IMG/VR virus record: IMGVR_UViG_3300047565_000115
Span: 1-54,945 of that record
Reading direction: 5' to 3' (one strand)
Source: a virus
Lineage: Duplodnaviria; Caudoviricetes
Length of the DNA: 54,945 nucleotides
In this document: positions 27,901 through 38,514 of the stretch, one piece after another
How the letters are laid out: each line of letters starts with the position of its first letter
How positions within the stretch are numbered: the stretch's first letter is position 1
Program-made: the position numbers and the translations under genes
Notes under the pieces: model-generated
What the model saw: the letters and a program-made list of their open reading frames with translations, nothing else
What the model was told of the DNA's origin: nothing
Databases searched by the model: none

Positions 27901-28381
27901 AGCCTTAGCGACCGCAATAGCTACACCACTTCCTGAATATGCAAAAGGAAAAAGAAAAGGAGATTCTTACGAGGGATTAGCGGTAGTAGGAGAGAAAGGT
28001 TCAGAAATAGTAGAGCGTGATGGAAAAATGACTTTAGCAGATAAGGCTACGGTAACTTACGTTGACCCAAAAACAAGGGTTTATACCGCAAGCGAAACAC
28101 GTAATATCCTAAAGAGCAAATACACCGAGAATATCTCTAAGGAAATGGATTATAACTCCAAGTACCTAAAGGGTTCATCAAGGGTTGAGCAAATGAAAAT
28201 GGCATTTAATAGTACATTTAAATCTAATGATTTATCTTTGCTTAAAACAAGCCTTTCAAGTGGAATAGAAGATGGTTTTGAGAAAGCAAATATAACCATT
28301 AATAACACTGATGGCAGTTCAGCGAGATACAGAAAAGGAAGTAGGATAACTGATATAACTAAAAGGACTTACGCAAGATGA
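24956..28381 (+). CDS. Tape measure protein
   Basis: 1141 aa helical; FSQMISKNTLQSEELKGQLAERLP tape-measure domain; YAKG..VVGEKGSE C-terminal motif. Confidence 0.92.
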   Translation: MANPVRPSEIIDIEGLKQALVDLKAANKDYGDNAEKMLDGLAKRVAAYKKEIEDLVRALSGKNPSSDFTETAKGLKDYTSALSGLVAAQERLKKSIDLSNASVDELKQRQKDLTKVTTSLKTETNANTDEIQEYEKQLKDTSSAVNQLTSTLKTASKQVKTASGSYQELQQSLTNDVIALKKLEGAFSTTNGKIEVNKAKVKELTAAIKQKQDALKEVDKQMGFNQRNVGNYSSAMSFLVGGVRGAIGSFGTWGIAIIAVGEAMQSLNSLILVGEGLRRSQIGVENVSSSSMEAAINLDFLREVASKLGLEIESLNKDFKLFAGATEGTALEGAKTREIFDGIATAAAAMQLTVDDASGMFRAFSQMISKNTLQSEELKGQLAERLPSAIRLTADALGITTEKLFEQMKLGKVMAADVLPLLAKKFQEVYGTEALKNAETLTGSTARLSNAWKELINSDTGGFRSFLTFFYNKMADLLTLAREYNMLGTMISGMAKVGQDPNQKKAISEKKADFASKDFQGRAKDIATQQGVMRNAIGVEEKAIQVRLLNDMLILHREQTKREVELRKTAADGKAKIDKEASEKAAKEAEKAANQKLINDRKQYQIELRENQANEKNTLGMLEVSMLKGLITEQQYNDQRYQIADAFTNQRIALTDKYIKLNGKLEEELRDDEARNNADLQQNQIEFLKLKASQLRDYYKQIKDDLINSFTGIKGSIQADISQSESGNRGAVNVDRISLEKEKIKNSYNQFGQDKASRATEMELRSLGLDLKETQMNLNNLLGIYNEYYGKLAQEKKIAIDKINASDATELEKERQKKEIEFEYSKRYMDLSTDYKDKSADKQKEISNILTDVELANAELVAQKQKELFDKRMEMLESGLQIAMQIEQSINQVLDAQADNRMRKLEKQKEYELSLAGDNAEAKKAIESNYQKKMDEERKKRDKREKMSTIFEIILNNQLAKVKALASGNIAQLFLAGIVGQIALATAIATPLPEYAKGKRKGDSYEGLAVVGEKGSEIVERDGKMTLADKATVTYVDPKTRVYTASETRNILKSKYTENISKEMDYNSKYLKGSSRVEQMKMAFNSTFKSNDLSLLKTSLSSGIEDGFEKANITINNTDGSSARYRKGSRITDITKRTYAR

Positions 28382-30909
28382 ATTTAGCTTTATTAGAAGA
28401 TGGTAGTGCAACACCCGAATATGGCTTGGCTAATATTCAAAGGAAGTACTATCTAATAACTCCTACGACCACTTATGAGATACCTAAGCCCGATGGGTGG
28501 ACTGGGCTTGACAAGACGTTTAAACGTAGTTTAGAATGGCATGGGTTTCTTTTTGAAGGGGCAGAGAACCATATTATAAAGTTTCACCAAGACGAAGGTA
28601 AGCAGATACTTGAAGATATGTACACTACATACGGTCAGGATGCCTACGTGCTTATTCGTGAAATGGTAGAACTTGATTCAGAAGAAGCCATTCAGTACGA
28701 GGGGAGACTTGATTTTAACAAGTGGAAATACGGTGACAATACAGTAGAAGTTGGAGTTGAAAGAAAAGGCGTAGAGGCACTTATTCAAAGCAGATGGGAT
28801 ACGAAGGTTTCTCTAAACGACAACAACAGTATAGATGGAGTAACAATAACATCACTAAAGCCCGAATACAAGGCAGTAGCGTTTCACTCTAAGGCTTTAC
28901 TTTTGGAGTACCAAAACATAAATACCGACTTGGAAGTAATTGATTGGACTGATTTAGAGTCTACATCGAAAGATTTCTATATTCAATTCAATACTCAAAA
29001 CCCGCAAAAGGACGAGATACAACAAAGTTTTCATTATCCGATGGGGGTTAGTGTTAACTCTCCTTCGAGTAACGCTACTTATTTATTTAAGAATAGCGTA
29101 GCAGGGAATTTCACATTTGACCTTCAATTTGAATTTCAATTTAAGGCTGATATTTTAGAGAAGCTAATTAACATAACAAATCCAGAGTTTACCTATTACG
29201 CTTGGTCTTTATTTCTTAGAATTGGAGACTTAGATATAGAACTTGATTCTACTGCTTACAGTATAGATACGGAAGACGTAGATAAGATTCTTAACTTGAC
29301 TTACAGTGGAACACACTACGTAAACACAAACGTAAACGTGTATTTGTATTGTAAGTTTTTCTTTACTACAAGTAATTCTAATTACAGAGGTATTCAGTAT
29401 TACATGAAGAACATTAATACTTCAATAAGTATTGAGGCACTTACAAGTACTACTGGAAACTTTGGATACGGCTTTGAAACAAAAGAAACACTAAACTATA
29501 TCGTTGGAAGTTTAACGGGTGGAGATATAAATTTAGTTTCTGACTTTTATACAAGCGAATGTGGTAATACTAAGTTGTTGAGTGGAGGTTTACTTTTAAG
29601 GTACTTGAACGGCATATCAACTGTTCCAGAGTTGCCAACAATGACAACATCTATGGCGGAGATAATGAAGTCGCTTCATGCCGTTGATGGAATAGGTTTT
29701 GGATACGAATACGATGGTGTTGACCAAGTAATAAGAATCGAACCATTAGAATACTTTTATCAAGACGTTGAAATAATATCACTTAATGAGGAATTAGTAT
29801 TAGATACATATTCAGAAGATGTGGCAGTAGACCTTGTGTATTCTGATGTTCAAGTAGGTTTTACAAAGTATCCAAAAGAGGATACCTATGGTAAGGATGA
29901 ATTTAACACCGAACACGACTACAAGACACCAATAAAGTATCACACAAATAATTACGATATAAGAAGTTCATATATTGGAAGCGGATACATAATTGAGAAC
30001 CAAAGACGTAAACCACTACTGACAGAGAGTAAAGAATCAACAGATTATGACGATGATAACTTTTTTGTTTGTGTAGAAACGGGAACAAACTTTACATTGA
30101 ATGATATTGAGTGTAGGTTTAGAGAGCCTTATATATTTTCTACGGGCGAAGAAGGGGAAGTTATTGACCCAATACCCGTAGACCCTAATAATAGTTTTTT
30201 AAGTGACTATGGCAACCAAATAGTTGTAGGTTCTGAAATAGTAATAAGTGGCACAGTTAGTAATAACGGAACGTTTACAGTGGTATCCGTTGAGTTTATT
30301 GCTTCGATGAATACCTACGTAGTTAACGTGGTTGAACATATTACAGAAGAATATCCAGTAGTTTGCGATATAGAAGTAGTTAGCGTAGGATACGTTTCGG
30401 AAAAAGATACTTTATTTACCACAACCAACTTAATTGATTCTGCCACTTCGTATAACCTTAGGATAAACCCTAAGTACAATCTTTTAAATCATGCAAAATG
30501 GATTAATGGAGGCTTAAAATATAAGGGTGGTTCAGAGAAATTGCAATGTAAAAAAGTAGTTCAAAACGAGACTTTTAGTATAGATAGAACACTTGCAGAG
30601 ACTTGTATAAGAAATGATTCTGCAAGGGCTACTTATACGATGAAAGAAGACATAGTATTGAATAACTTTGCAGAAAAAGATTATATCTTTAGCCCCGAAA
30701 GAATAACTATTCAAGCATATCTGCAACCCGAACAAGTTAAGTATATTATTAATTGTCATAGGGGCTTAGTAACAGGTAAAGAATACGGTTTTATTACGAT
30801 AGTAAATCCACGGGGCGAAGAAATTGAGTGTTGGCTTGAAAGAATGACAGAGTTAGAAAATGGACAAACGATGAAGGTAGAACTTTCGTTTATTAAAAAA
30901 AAAACTTGA
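28378..30909 (+). CDS. Tail tip/hub protein
   Basis: 843 aa directly after tape measure; PDGW..FKRSLEWHG N-terminus. Confidence 0.65.
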   Translation: MNLALLEDGSATPEYGLANIQRKYYLITPTTTYEIPKPDGWTGLDKTFKRSLEWHGFLFEGAENHIIKFHQDEGKQILEDMYTTYGQDAYVLIREMVELDSEEAIQYEGRLDFNKWKYGDNTVEVGVERKGVEALIQSRWDTKVSLNDNNSIDGVTITSLKPEYKAVAFHSKALLLEYQNINTDLEVIDWTDLESTSKDFYIQFNTQNPQKDEIQQSFHYPMGVSVNSPSSNATYLFKNSVAGNFTFDLQFEFQFKADILEKLINITNPEFTYYAWSLFLRIGDLDIELDSTAYSIDTEDVDKILNLTYSGTHYVNTNVNVYLYCKFFFTTSNSNYRGIQYYMKNINTSISIEALTSTTGNFGYGFETKETLNYIVGSLTGGDINLVSDFYTSECGNTKLLSGGLLLRYLNGISTVPELPTMTTSMAEIMKSLHAVDGIGFGYEYDGVDQVIRIEPLEYFYQDVEIISLNEELVLDTYSEDVAVDLVYSDVQVGFTKYPKEDTYGKDEFNTEHDYKTPIKYHTNNYDIRSSYIGSGYIIENQRRKPLLTESKESTDYDDDNFFVCVETGTNFTLNDIECRFREPYIFSTGEEGEVIDPIPVDPNNSFLSDYGNQIVVGSEIVISGTVSNNGTFTVVSVEFIASMNTYVVNVVEHITEEYPVVCDIEVVSVGYVSEKDTLFTTTNLIDSATSYNLRINPKYNLLNHAKWINGGLKYKGGSEKLQCKKVVQNETFSIDRTLAETCIRNDSARATYTMKEDIVLNNFAEKDYIFSPERITIQAYLQPEQVKYIINCHRGLVTGKEYGFITIVNPRGEEIECWLERMTELENGQTMKVELSFIKKKT

Positions 30910-31018
30910 CTGAATCTGCTATGGGAGATTGTTCTGTTTATTCAGAATATAGTTTTAGTGATTTTGAGTTAGGAGGTTTTGAAAGGTGGGTAGAAAAATG
31001 TAGATTTGAACAATTCGT

Positions 31019-34000
31019 ATGATAGAGAACATACTTCCAGAGGACACCCTTGAAACGGGTTTTAGGACAAAGGCAAATAACGCTTTTGACGAAATAATCA
31101 ATGACGACCCTTTCATTGAGGCAGGAGTCGTTAAATTCCCCAAGCATGGTGGAAGTGAATGGGTTATGGATTTATCCTCTTTGTACTACACCAAAGACCA
31201 AGTGCTTGACCAAATAGCACCCTATGACCAATATGCAACTGAATCGTTAGCAGGAAGGGTATTAAGGGCTACCTTTGATATGTTGGCTATCGGAACTGAT
31301 ACCACAAGATATGTGAGTACGGCAGGGGCTAAATGGATGATAGAAAACACCGCTACGCTTGTTGACGACTACACGATTGGAATACATAATTTTGAATTTG
31401 GTAACGTATATTTAAAGGCTGATGGAAACACTAACGTAGGTGTAAATGTTTATGATGGAACAGACGCAATTATAGCTTCAATCAATAGTGAGGATACGGG
31501 GTGGAAGTTATTGTCGGAGCAAAACGAATACACTGCTAACTTTGACTTTGCTAACCTTGTCGCAGATGTAAATATAGACCTAAACAACCTTGCGACAACA
31601 AGTTTAAGTGGTAGTTGGAATTTAGACGGCAACGCCCTAACCGCCTCCAAAGGCTTAGGCACAACAACGGCACAAGATTGGACGTTGATACATGAAAGCG
31701 ACACGATAGCAACAATAAAGAGCGGTGGGTTATACTTATCTGAAAATAGTATAATTGGACTAAGATCAGATACCTATGAATATGCAATTCAATATAGAGA
31801 TTTAGATTTTAGGTTAATTGGAAGTAATGATTCGAGTGTACAAAGGTTATTTTCATTTGGTCACTATACATCAAATATTACGTCAGGAACTTGGAACTCA
31901 AGAGCTACAATAAATTCATATACTGGTGGTGGTACGTTTTTAGGCAATGTAGGTGTAGTTAATGCAAGTCCATCTACTTATTTATCAGTAGGTACGGTTT
32001 CTTCCGCATTAGTGACTGAGTCTGGTACACAATCCATAACTGCATCAACTAATGCTTTTTTCCCTTTCTCTGCCGAAAGTAGTCAAACACAAGGCTCTGG
32101 GTCAGGTTCTTTTATAGCTACATATCAAAACGGAGGGTCAGTAATGCTATCAGGAGCGAGACTTGGAGGATTTACAATTGGTGGTGCTGCTTCATCGACT
32201 AAATTAGTTAGAACCATTGCTATAACTGGCTTTGCGGAGGAAAATTGGGTTGACAATTCTGCTTATGGCTCTTATATCCAATTCGCAACGTCTTCTTTAG
32301 GAGCGACACCAAGAACAGAAAAGATGAGGCTAACTGCTAACGGAAATTTAGGAATCTCCACCACTACCCCATCCGAAAAACTCGAAGTCAACGGCAAAGT
32401 AAAAGCCACAACGGGAATATTCACCGACTTAACCGCAAACTACGTACCAAAGCACACAAGCGGAGGATTGGCGAATAGTTTGATTTATGATAATGGAACG
32501 AATATAGGTATTAGAACTGCTACATCTTACGCATCGCTTCATGTAACTTATGCACAAGGCACAGAGGGTTATACTGCTCTGGGGACTTCTGCGACTGGTA
32601 GGTCGATGATGATTAGTAATTCAAATCCATTATACGGATTACATATTGGCGTTTCTTCTGATGGTAATTCATGGATACAAGCGGGAAGGAGAGATAATAC
32701 AACTGCTTATAATTTAATACTACAACATGAAGGTGGGAGGTTAGGAGTTGGAACAACGACACCTAATGTATTTACAGAAATATCTTCTACTGATGCAGGT
32801 GTATCATTTAGGGTAAACTCGGCAAATGCAGCAATAACATCGGGTAATTATTCAGAAATTCAGCTTTGTGATAATAGTTCAGTTCGGTCATATTGGAGGA
32901 ATTTAAGAGACGGTTCGGGTGCTACTATATTTAGTTATAATGACCATATAAGATTCCAACAAGGCAGTACTGAATATATGAGGCTTACCTTGGGAGGTAA
33001 TTTGGGTATAGGGGTCAATCCTTCGTATAAACTTGACGTATCAGGAACAGGACATTTTACAGGAGCAGTAACATTCGACACGGTTCCAAGTTCATTACAA
33101 GATGCTACGACTTCGAATCATTTGGTTAGGTATTCACAATGGATAGCTGCAACTGCAATTAAGTATTTACCAACGGCAGTAAAAACGGTTTCTTTAACTA
33201 ATATTACATTATCAGGAACGCAAACTGTTAATGGTGTAGCTTTGATTGCTACGGATAGAATTTTAGTCGCAGGTCAAACAGCAGGGGCAGAAAATGGCGT
33301 TTATGTGGTAGCTGCTGGTTCATGGACAAGAGCAACGGATAGTGATACAGATGGGGAGTTAAGAGGATATATCGTAAGTGTTTCAAATGGCACTTATGCA
33401 GGATACAAATACATAAATACCAACGCAAGTACTATAACGGTAGGAACAACGGCAATAACTTATTCAGAGTTTTCTAATAACATTGAGATAGACCCCGTAT
33501 TTACTGCATGGAGAGATACTACAAGAACTGCTAATACTTTTTGGGCTACTCCTAATGGTTCAAATGGTGTAGCAACTTGGAGGGCTTTAGTCGCTGCGGA
33601 TGTTCCAACTTTGAATCAGTCAACAACTGGAAGTGCTGCAACTTTGACTACTACAAGAACAATAGCTTTGAGTGGTGATGCTACGTGGTCGGTTAGCTTC
33701 AATGGTAGTGCTAATGTCACAAGTGCTTTGACTTTAGCAACGGTGAACAGTAACGTTGGAACTTTCCGAAGTGTGACAGTAAACGCAAAAGGATTAGTAA
33801 CCGCAGCGACAAATCCAACTACTTTATCGGGGTATGGGATAACGGATGTTTATACAAAAACAGAAGTATATACGCAAACAGAAAGTGATGGATTATTTGT
33901 TCATTTGATAGGAGATGAGGAAATTGATGGAATCAAGGAGTTTTACGATGAAATAAAAGTAAAAAGTAACCAAGTACACTTAACCAGCGATTTCTTAAAT

Positions 34001-36049
34001 AGAGGTGGAATCGTTGCGTCTTATGGGGTGCTTAGTAATAAACTAGGTGCAGGTGGTTTAATATTAGACGTAAAAAGCACTGGTGGACTTTACTTTAGGG
34101 CAGATACAACACGTAAAGGTCTATTTGATACCAATGGATTAATTTTATCAAGTAGCTTAGGTAATAGCGATGTACCAACAGAAAGGTTAGATGTAAGAGG
34201 CAATATCCGTTATGACACTTTACTAAAACCAAACAATATTGCTGGTACAAATGGACAATTCTTAGGTACAAGTGGCACACAAGATGTTTGGACTACTCTT
34301 ACAACTTCTCATATATCAAATCTTAGTTCTTATACGGGTTTTGATTCACGATATTTCACCGAAACAGAAGCTAATGGGCGTTTTGTCGATTTTGACACCG
34401 ACCAAAATATCAATGGTATAAAATCTTTTGCAGACCACATAAATATAGGGGGTTCATTTTATGGAGAGGGGATATATAATATTAGTGGTACAAATAGAAC
34501 ATTTGCGAAAATAAGTAGTGATATTGGGTTGGTTTTAAATGCGGGTACAAGGGGGATGCATTTTGCAGAAGAAGAAACGGTCTATATGACCACAAGGACT
34601 GCTGGCGTATTAATTGGAACTGCTTTAAATAAAAATACTTTTGCAAGTGAAAAACTTCAAGTTAACGGTAATATTAGGTATAACACACTTTTAAAGCCTA
34701 ACAACGTAGCAGGAACAAACGGTCAAGTACTTGGAACTAATGGAACGCAAGATTCATGGGTGACTTTAAGCACTCCATATATTTCAGACTTAAATTCTTA
34801 TGCAAGTTTCATAAACTACTATACCAAGACCGCAACGGATACCTTGTTAAGTGGCAAGCAAGATGCATTACCAAGTGGAACAAGCGGACAGTTTTTAGTA
34901 AAAGATTCGGCAGGGAACTTAAACTTCATGGACTTAAAAATAAGACCAATTGGATTAAGTTTAGAGCGTATTGGAGTAGGTAACACCGATAACTATTTAG
35001 GAGAGCAACCTCATTTCTTATTCAAGGACAAGAGGCATATTCAAATAGCAAGAATAACTGACACGACAAAACAACTGAATCTTGGTTTAGTTAAAAAGTC
35101 TAATAACGGATTTATTGAGCAAGTAGGTGGTAGTTTGAATATTACTGCAACTGGGGGCTTGTATATGACCGATTTTGCAAGCCCAAATAGACCCTTGTCG
35201 ATGCTTACAATAGATTCATTAGGAAAACTATCAGTAAGTTCAATTGCAGGCGGTGGAGCGGTTCAATCGAGCCTCACAAGTACACACGTAGGGTTTGGGG
35301 TTAACAATGTTTTAAGTAGTTCGGCAAACTTCACATTTTTATCGGATAGGTATTTACACTTTACAGGAGCAAGTGCAAACGTAAATATAGGAGCGACAAG
35401 TTCGGGTACTGCTGGTTTTCTTGAATCGGTTAATGGAAACTTATTATTGCAAGCAAGTTCTACGTTTGGGGTAGTTGTTGACGATGGATTCTTTCAAGTA
35501 AACGACCTCGCAGGAACAGGTACACGAATGGTTGTTGCGGATTCAAGCGGTGTTTTAAGTACTCAAACAATTCCGAGCGGTGGAAGTAGTCAAGATATTG
35601 ACGATGTTTTAACGGTTGGGAATATAGTCGCAGAGCAATCTCTTATTTTTAATAATACCACAAGTGATTATTTGACCCTCAATAACGCATCAGGAACTTT
35701 AAAAGGTAGCCTATCACTTGATGGTGGTTTGTATTTAGTATCAAGTGGGGTGGCTTTAGATGTGATTGGAGATACTGCATTGAGATTATTATCTGATGGA
35801 GAAATTAATATAGGTTATTCAAACACGACTGGTATTATTAACCTTCAAGGGATGCCATTTAATTTCAATGAGGAATCACAAAATCACACAGGAACAGCAA
35901 GTGGAAGCCAATGGGGAAGTGGATTCAACCAAGGAGCACCACAAGCAGGAGATAGAATGTTATTCTATTTTGATGGAACAAGATGGGTTCCAAGTCATAT
36001 ACATACATACGCAGGAGCAGGAGGTAAAACATATTTAACAATAGATTAA
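31019..36049 (+). CDS. Long mosaic tail fibre
   Basis: 1676 aa G/S/T-rich; GNLGIxTTTP repeats, LSGTQTVNGV..NGVYVV..WTRATD domain, SVTVNAKGLVTAATNPTTLSGYGITD motif. Confidence 0.9.
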   Translation: MIENILPEDTLETGFRTKANNAFDEIINDDPFIEAGVVKFPKHGGSEWVMDLSSLYYTKDQVLDQIAPYDQYATESLAGRVLRATFDMLAIGTDTTRYVSTAGAKWMIENTATLVDDYTIGIHNFEFGNVYLKADGNTNVGVNVYDGTDAIIASINSEDTGWKLLSEQNEYTANFDFANLVADVNIDLNNLATTSLSGSWNLDGNALTASKGLGTTTAQDWTLIHESDTIATIKSGGLYLSENSIIGLRSDTYEYAIQYRDLDFRLIGSNDSSVQRLFSFGHYTSNITSGTWNSRATINSYTGGGTFLGNVGVVNASPSTYLSVGTVSSALVTESGTQSITASTNAFFPFSAESSQTQGSGSGSFIATYQNGGSVMLSGARLGGFTIGGAASSTKLVRTIAITGFAEENWVDNSAYGSYIQFATSSLGATPRTEKMRLTANGNLGISTTTPSEKLEVNGKVKATTGIFTDLTANYVPKHTSGGLANSLIYDNGTNIGIRTATSYASLHVTYAQGTEGYTALGTSATGRSMMISNSNPLYGLHIGVSSDGNSWIQAGRRDNTTAYNLILQHEGGRLGVGTTTPNVFTEISSTDAGVSFRVNSANAAITSGNYSEIQLCDNSSVRSYWRNLRDGSGATIFSYNDHIRFQQGSTEYMRLTLGGNLGIGVNPSYKLDVSGTGHFTGAVTFDTVPSSLQDATTSNHLVRYSQWIAATAIKYLPTAVKTVSLTNITLSGTQTVNGVALIATDRILVAGQTAGAENGVYVVAAGSWTRATDSDTDGELRGYIVSVSNGTYAGYKYINTNASTITVGTTAITYSEFSNNIEIDPVFTAWRDTTRTANTFWATPNGSNGVATWRALVAADVPTLNQSTTGSAATLTTTRTIALSGDATWSVSFNGSANVTSALTLATVNSNVGTFRSVTVNAKGLVTAATNPTTLSGYGITDVYTKTEVYTQTESDGLFVHLIGDEEIDGIKEFYDEIKVKSNQVHLTSDFLNRGGIVASYGVLSNKLGAGGLILDVKSTGGLYFRADTTRKGLFDTNGLILSSSLGNSDVPTERLDVRGNIRYDTLLKPNNIAGTNGQFLGTSGTQDVWTTLTTSHISNLSSYTGFDSRYFTETEANGRFVDFDTDQNINGIKSFADHINIGGSFYGEGIYNISGTNRTFAKISSDIGLVLNAGTRGMHFAEEETVYMTTRTAGVLIGTALNKNTFASEKLQVNGNIRYNTLLKPNNVAGTNGQVLGTNGTQDSWVTLSTPYISDLNSYASFINYYTKTATDTLLSGKQDALPSGTSGQFLVKDSAGNLNFMDLKIRPIGLSLERIGVGNTDNYLGEQPHFLFKDKRHIQIARITDTTKQLNLGLVKKSNNGFIEQVGGSLNITATGGLYMTDFASPNRPLSMLTIDSLGKLSVSSIAGGGAVQSSLTSTHVGFGVNNVLSSSANFTFLSDRYLHFTGASANVNIGATSSGTAGFLESVNGNLLLQASSTFGVVVDDGFFQVNDLAGTGTRMVVADSSGVLSTQTIPSGGSSQDIDDVLTVGNIVAEQSLIFNNTTSDYLTLNNASGTLKGSLSLDGGLYLVSSGVALDVIGDTALRLLSDGEINIGYSNTTGIINLQGMPFNFNEESQNHTGTASGSQWGSGFNQGAPQAGDRMLFYFDGTRWVPSHIHTYAGAGGKTYLTID

Positions 36050-37956
36050 TGGCACAAGTAAGACGAATTATTGACAATGTTTTAATTACCTATCCATTTG
36101 ATTTAACACATCAAGGGATAGATGGTCAAGTGGTAGTTGATGACCTTGGAGAAGGGAATCAAGTTTACTTTAAATACGGAGTAAACACCGATATTGCAAA
36201 CGATGTAACTGAAATAGTTACCCATATTAGTATGGCGGATTTTTACTCTTTGAATCTAACATCAACCGACCCCGAAGGAGTTGACCCCGATGCACCTTTG
36301 CCAGAATTAGAAATTACAAGAAAACCGAATTTCTACGTTACTGATGAAGATTATAAAACTTTTATATCGGGTGGTACTTATGATGGAGAAACAAGGATAA
36401 AACTTTACATTACCAATAATGATGAAAATTTCGATGTTGAATTTTCAACTTTCTTTCATGGTTCATTAAGTGGTACTGCTGGTGCGTATAGTCCTAATAC
36501 ATGGGCTACAATAGATAGAGAAACTGATGGAACTTATTATTTGATACTTCCAAGCAATGACGATACAGTCCCAACTCCACAACCTTTTTGGGGTAGATTT
36601 GTTGGCAATACCGTTTATGAATTTGGGGCTTATATAACATATAGAACTAATGGAGACGACCCTTCTGGAACAACTGGAGGTGGTGGTGGTGGCACAATTG
36701 GAAGCGGTGATGTAGTTACAAGAGCAGATTATCCGATGGGAATAACCGTTTGGGGATTCTTTGCAGGAAAGGACATAAACAGACCAAATGATGCACCTGC
36801 TTCGAAAACACACTACGCCGAAATGAGCGCTATGAGTGGAAAAGATGGGAGTGGTAACTATAAGTATAGACATCAAAGACCTTTTTATGCTTATGATATT
36901 CAACCTACACAAGTAGGAGTGCCGATATGGTCAAGTGTTGCAAGAGAACATATTATTGAGAATAGATATGCAGATACCGATTGGGATTTAGATGAAGATG
37001 GAATGAAAGTTTGCAACGACTACCTTATTAGGTCGGGTTTGCAGTTTTGGAATTTCACTTACTATGCAAATACATATCAAGGGGCAAGATTTAGAAACCT
37101 ATTTGAAAACCTTTCTTTAGTAGATAAAAGAGGAGTTAAGGCTTGTTATACTATTGGACAATTGGGTGGAGACAGAAACGCTTATTTGATACCACACCCA
37201 ACAACGGGGATACCTTATCCCGACCCGACCAACGATTACACGATAAATTTAAATTATATCGTTGATAAAATGGCAGAATCTTGGTATTTAAAGATTGATG
37301 GAAAGCCAGTAGTTATCTACTTTAATACAGAAGAAGCTACTATAAAAGACATTCAAAATTTGCGTAGTGCTTATGGTGGTGCTATGTATGAGGTTTATAT
37401 GACCGCAGGAATGGATAATGATATGTCTTTGGTAAATAGTCAAGGATTGAGAGCAAAGACTTGGTATTATCAAACCAACAACAATGCTAACGGAGACCAC
37501 GATTTACAAACTGTAACAAATGATATTTATAATAACCTTGTAAATATCGCAGATGCTCAAATCGCAGCGGATACCGATAAAGACATTTGCCCTTCGTTTA
37601 CTTTGGCTTTAGATTCAAGAGCAAGGAACGAATATCCAGGCGATACTGTATCCGTAAACAACGCAGGAAGTGCTTATTATGCAAGTTTGAACATTGCTTA
37701 CAATGCCGATAAATTTAACGGTTATTATGAGCCAGCTTCAAACGCTGAAATTGCAGATATGATAAACAAGGCTTTGGCGTTAAAAACAACTTATGGTTCG
37801 AGGTGTAGAATGGCTATATTTAGCACATGGGACGAGTTGAGTGAGGGGGGTAGTAGCTGCCTTTGCCCTCGAAGAAGTGCTGCTTGGAATAATAATGCAA
37901 GTTACACAATAGACGACTATGTAGTAGCACAGTTCGAAAGTATTTTAAACCCGTAA
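36049..37956 (+). CDS. Putative virion-associated glycoside hydrolase (GH99/GH71/WbsX-like)
   Basis: YLKIDGKPVV and FSTWDELSEG motifs; poly-Gly linker after N-terminal domain; TAATG coupled to fibre. Confidence 0.6.
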   Translation: MAQVRRIIDNVLITYPFDLTHQGIDGQVVVDDLGEGNQVYFKYGVNTDIANDVTEIVTHISMADFYSLNLTSTDPEGVDPDAPLPELEITRKPNFYVTDEDYKTFISGGTYDGETRIKLYITNNDENFDVEFSTFFHGSLSGTAGAYSPNTWATIDRETDGTYYLILPSNDDTVPTPQPFWGRFVGNTVYEFGAYITYRTNGDDPSGTTGGGGGGTIGSGDVVTRADYPMGITVWGFFAGKDINRPNDAPASKTHYAEMSAMSGKDGSGNYKYRHQRPFYAYDIQPTQVGVPIWSSVAREHIIENRYADTDWDLDEDGMKVCNDYLIRSGLQFWNFTYYANTYQGARFRNLFENLSLVDKRGVKACYTIGQLGGDRNAYLIPHPTTGIPYPDPTNDYTINLNYIVDKMAESWYLKIDGKPVVIYFNTEEATIKDIQNLRSAYGGAMYEVYMTAGMDNDMSLVNSQGLRAKTWYYQTNNNANGDHDLQTVTNDIYNNLVNIADAQIAADTDKDICPSFTLALDSRARNEYPGDTVSVNNAGSAYYASLNIAYNADKFNGYYEPASNAEIADMINKALALKTTYGSRCRMAIFSTWDELSEGGSSCLCPRRSAAWNNNASYTIDDYVVAQFESILNP

Positions 37957-37985
37957 TAAAGTAAAACAATATTGTAAAAAGTAAT

Positions 37986-38438
37986 ATGAAAATAGAGAAA
38001 ATATCAGAAAAAGCATTAGAGTTCATAGCAGAACACGAAGGGTTAAGATTAAAGGCTTATCTATGCCCATCCTCGGTGTTCACTATCGGCTACGGAACGA
38101 CACGCTACCCTAATGGAAGCAAAGTTAAAATTGGTGACGAAATAACCAAAGATGATGCTTTTAAGTTATTAAAGCACGATGTTGCTAAGTTTGAACTTGC
38201 AGTTGACGCAATGACAACAGATAAAGTAAATCAAAATCAATTCGATGCATTAGTTTCTTTTGCTTATAACTTAGGTAGTGATGCTTTGAAAAAATCTACT
38301 TTATTAAAAGTTGTAAACGCTAACCCAAACGATGTAAGAATAAAAAAAGAGTTCCAAAAGTGGGTTTACGCAGATGGTAAAAAGTTAGGGGGCTTAATCA
38401 AAAGGCGACAAGACGAAGCTAATTTATATTTTAGTTAA
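37986..38438 (+). CDS. Endolysin, GH24 lysozyme
   Basis: HEGLRLKAYLC..TIGYGTT, QNQFDALVSFAYNLG, GLIKRRQDE. Confidence 0.95.
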   Translation: MKIEKISEKALEFIAEHEGLRLKAYLCPSSVFTIGYGTTRYPNGSKVKIGDEITKDDAFKLLKHDVAKFELAVDAMTTDKVNQNQFDALVSFAYNLGSDALKKSTLLKVVNANPNDVRIKKEFQKWVYADGKKLGGLIKRRQDEANLYFS

Positions 38439-38514
38439 AACAATTTAAAGTAATTTTAAACATTAGTACAAAATAATTATTTAAATTTGCTAAAATTAAA
38501 CAAAAATATACTAT

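Noticed and set aside
31019-36049. Diversity-generating retroelement acting on the tail fibre
   Set aside because: No reverse transcriptase; the internal repeats differ at all base types and are both in-frame coding
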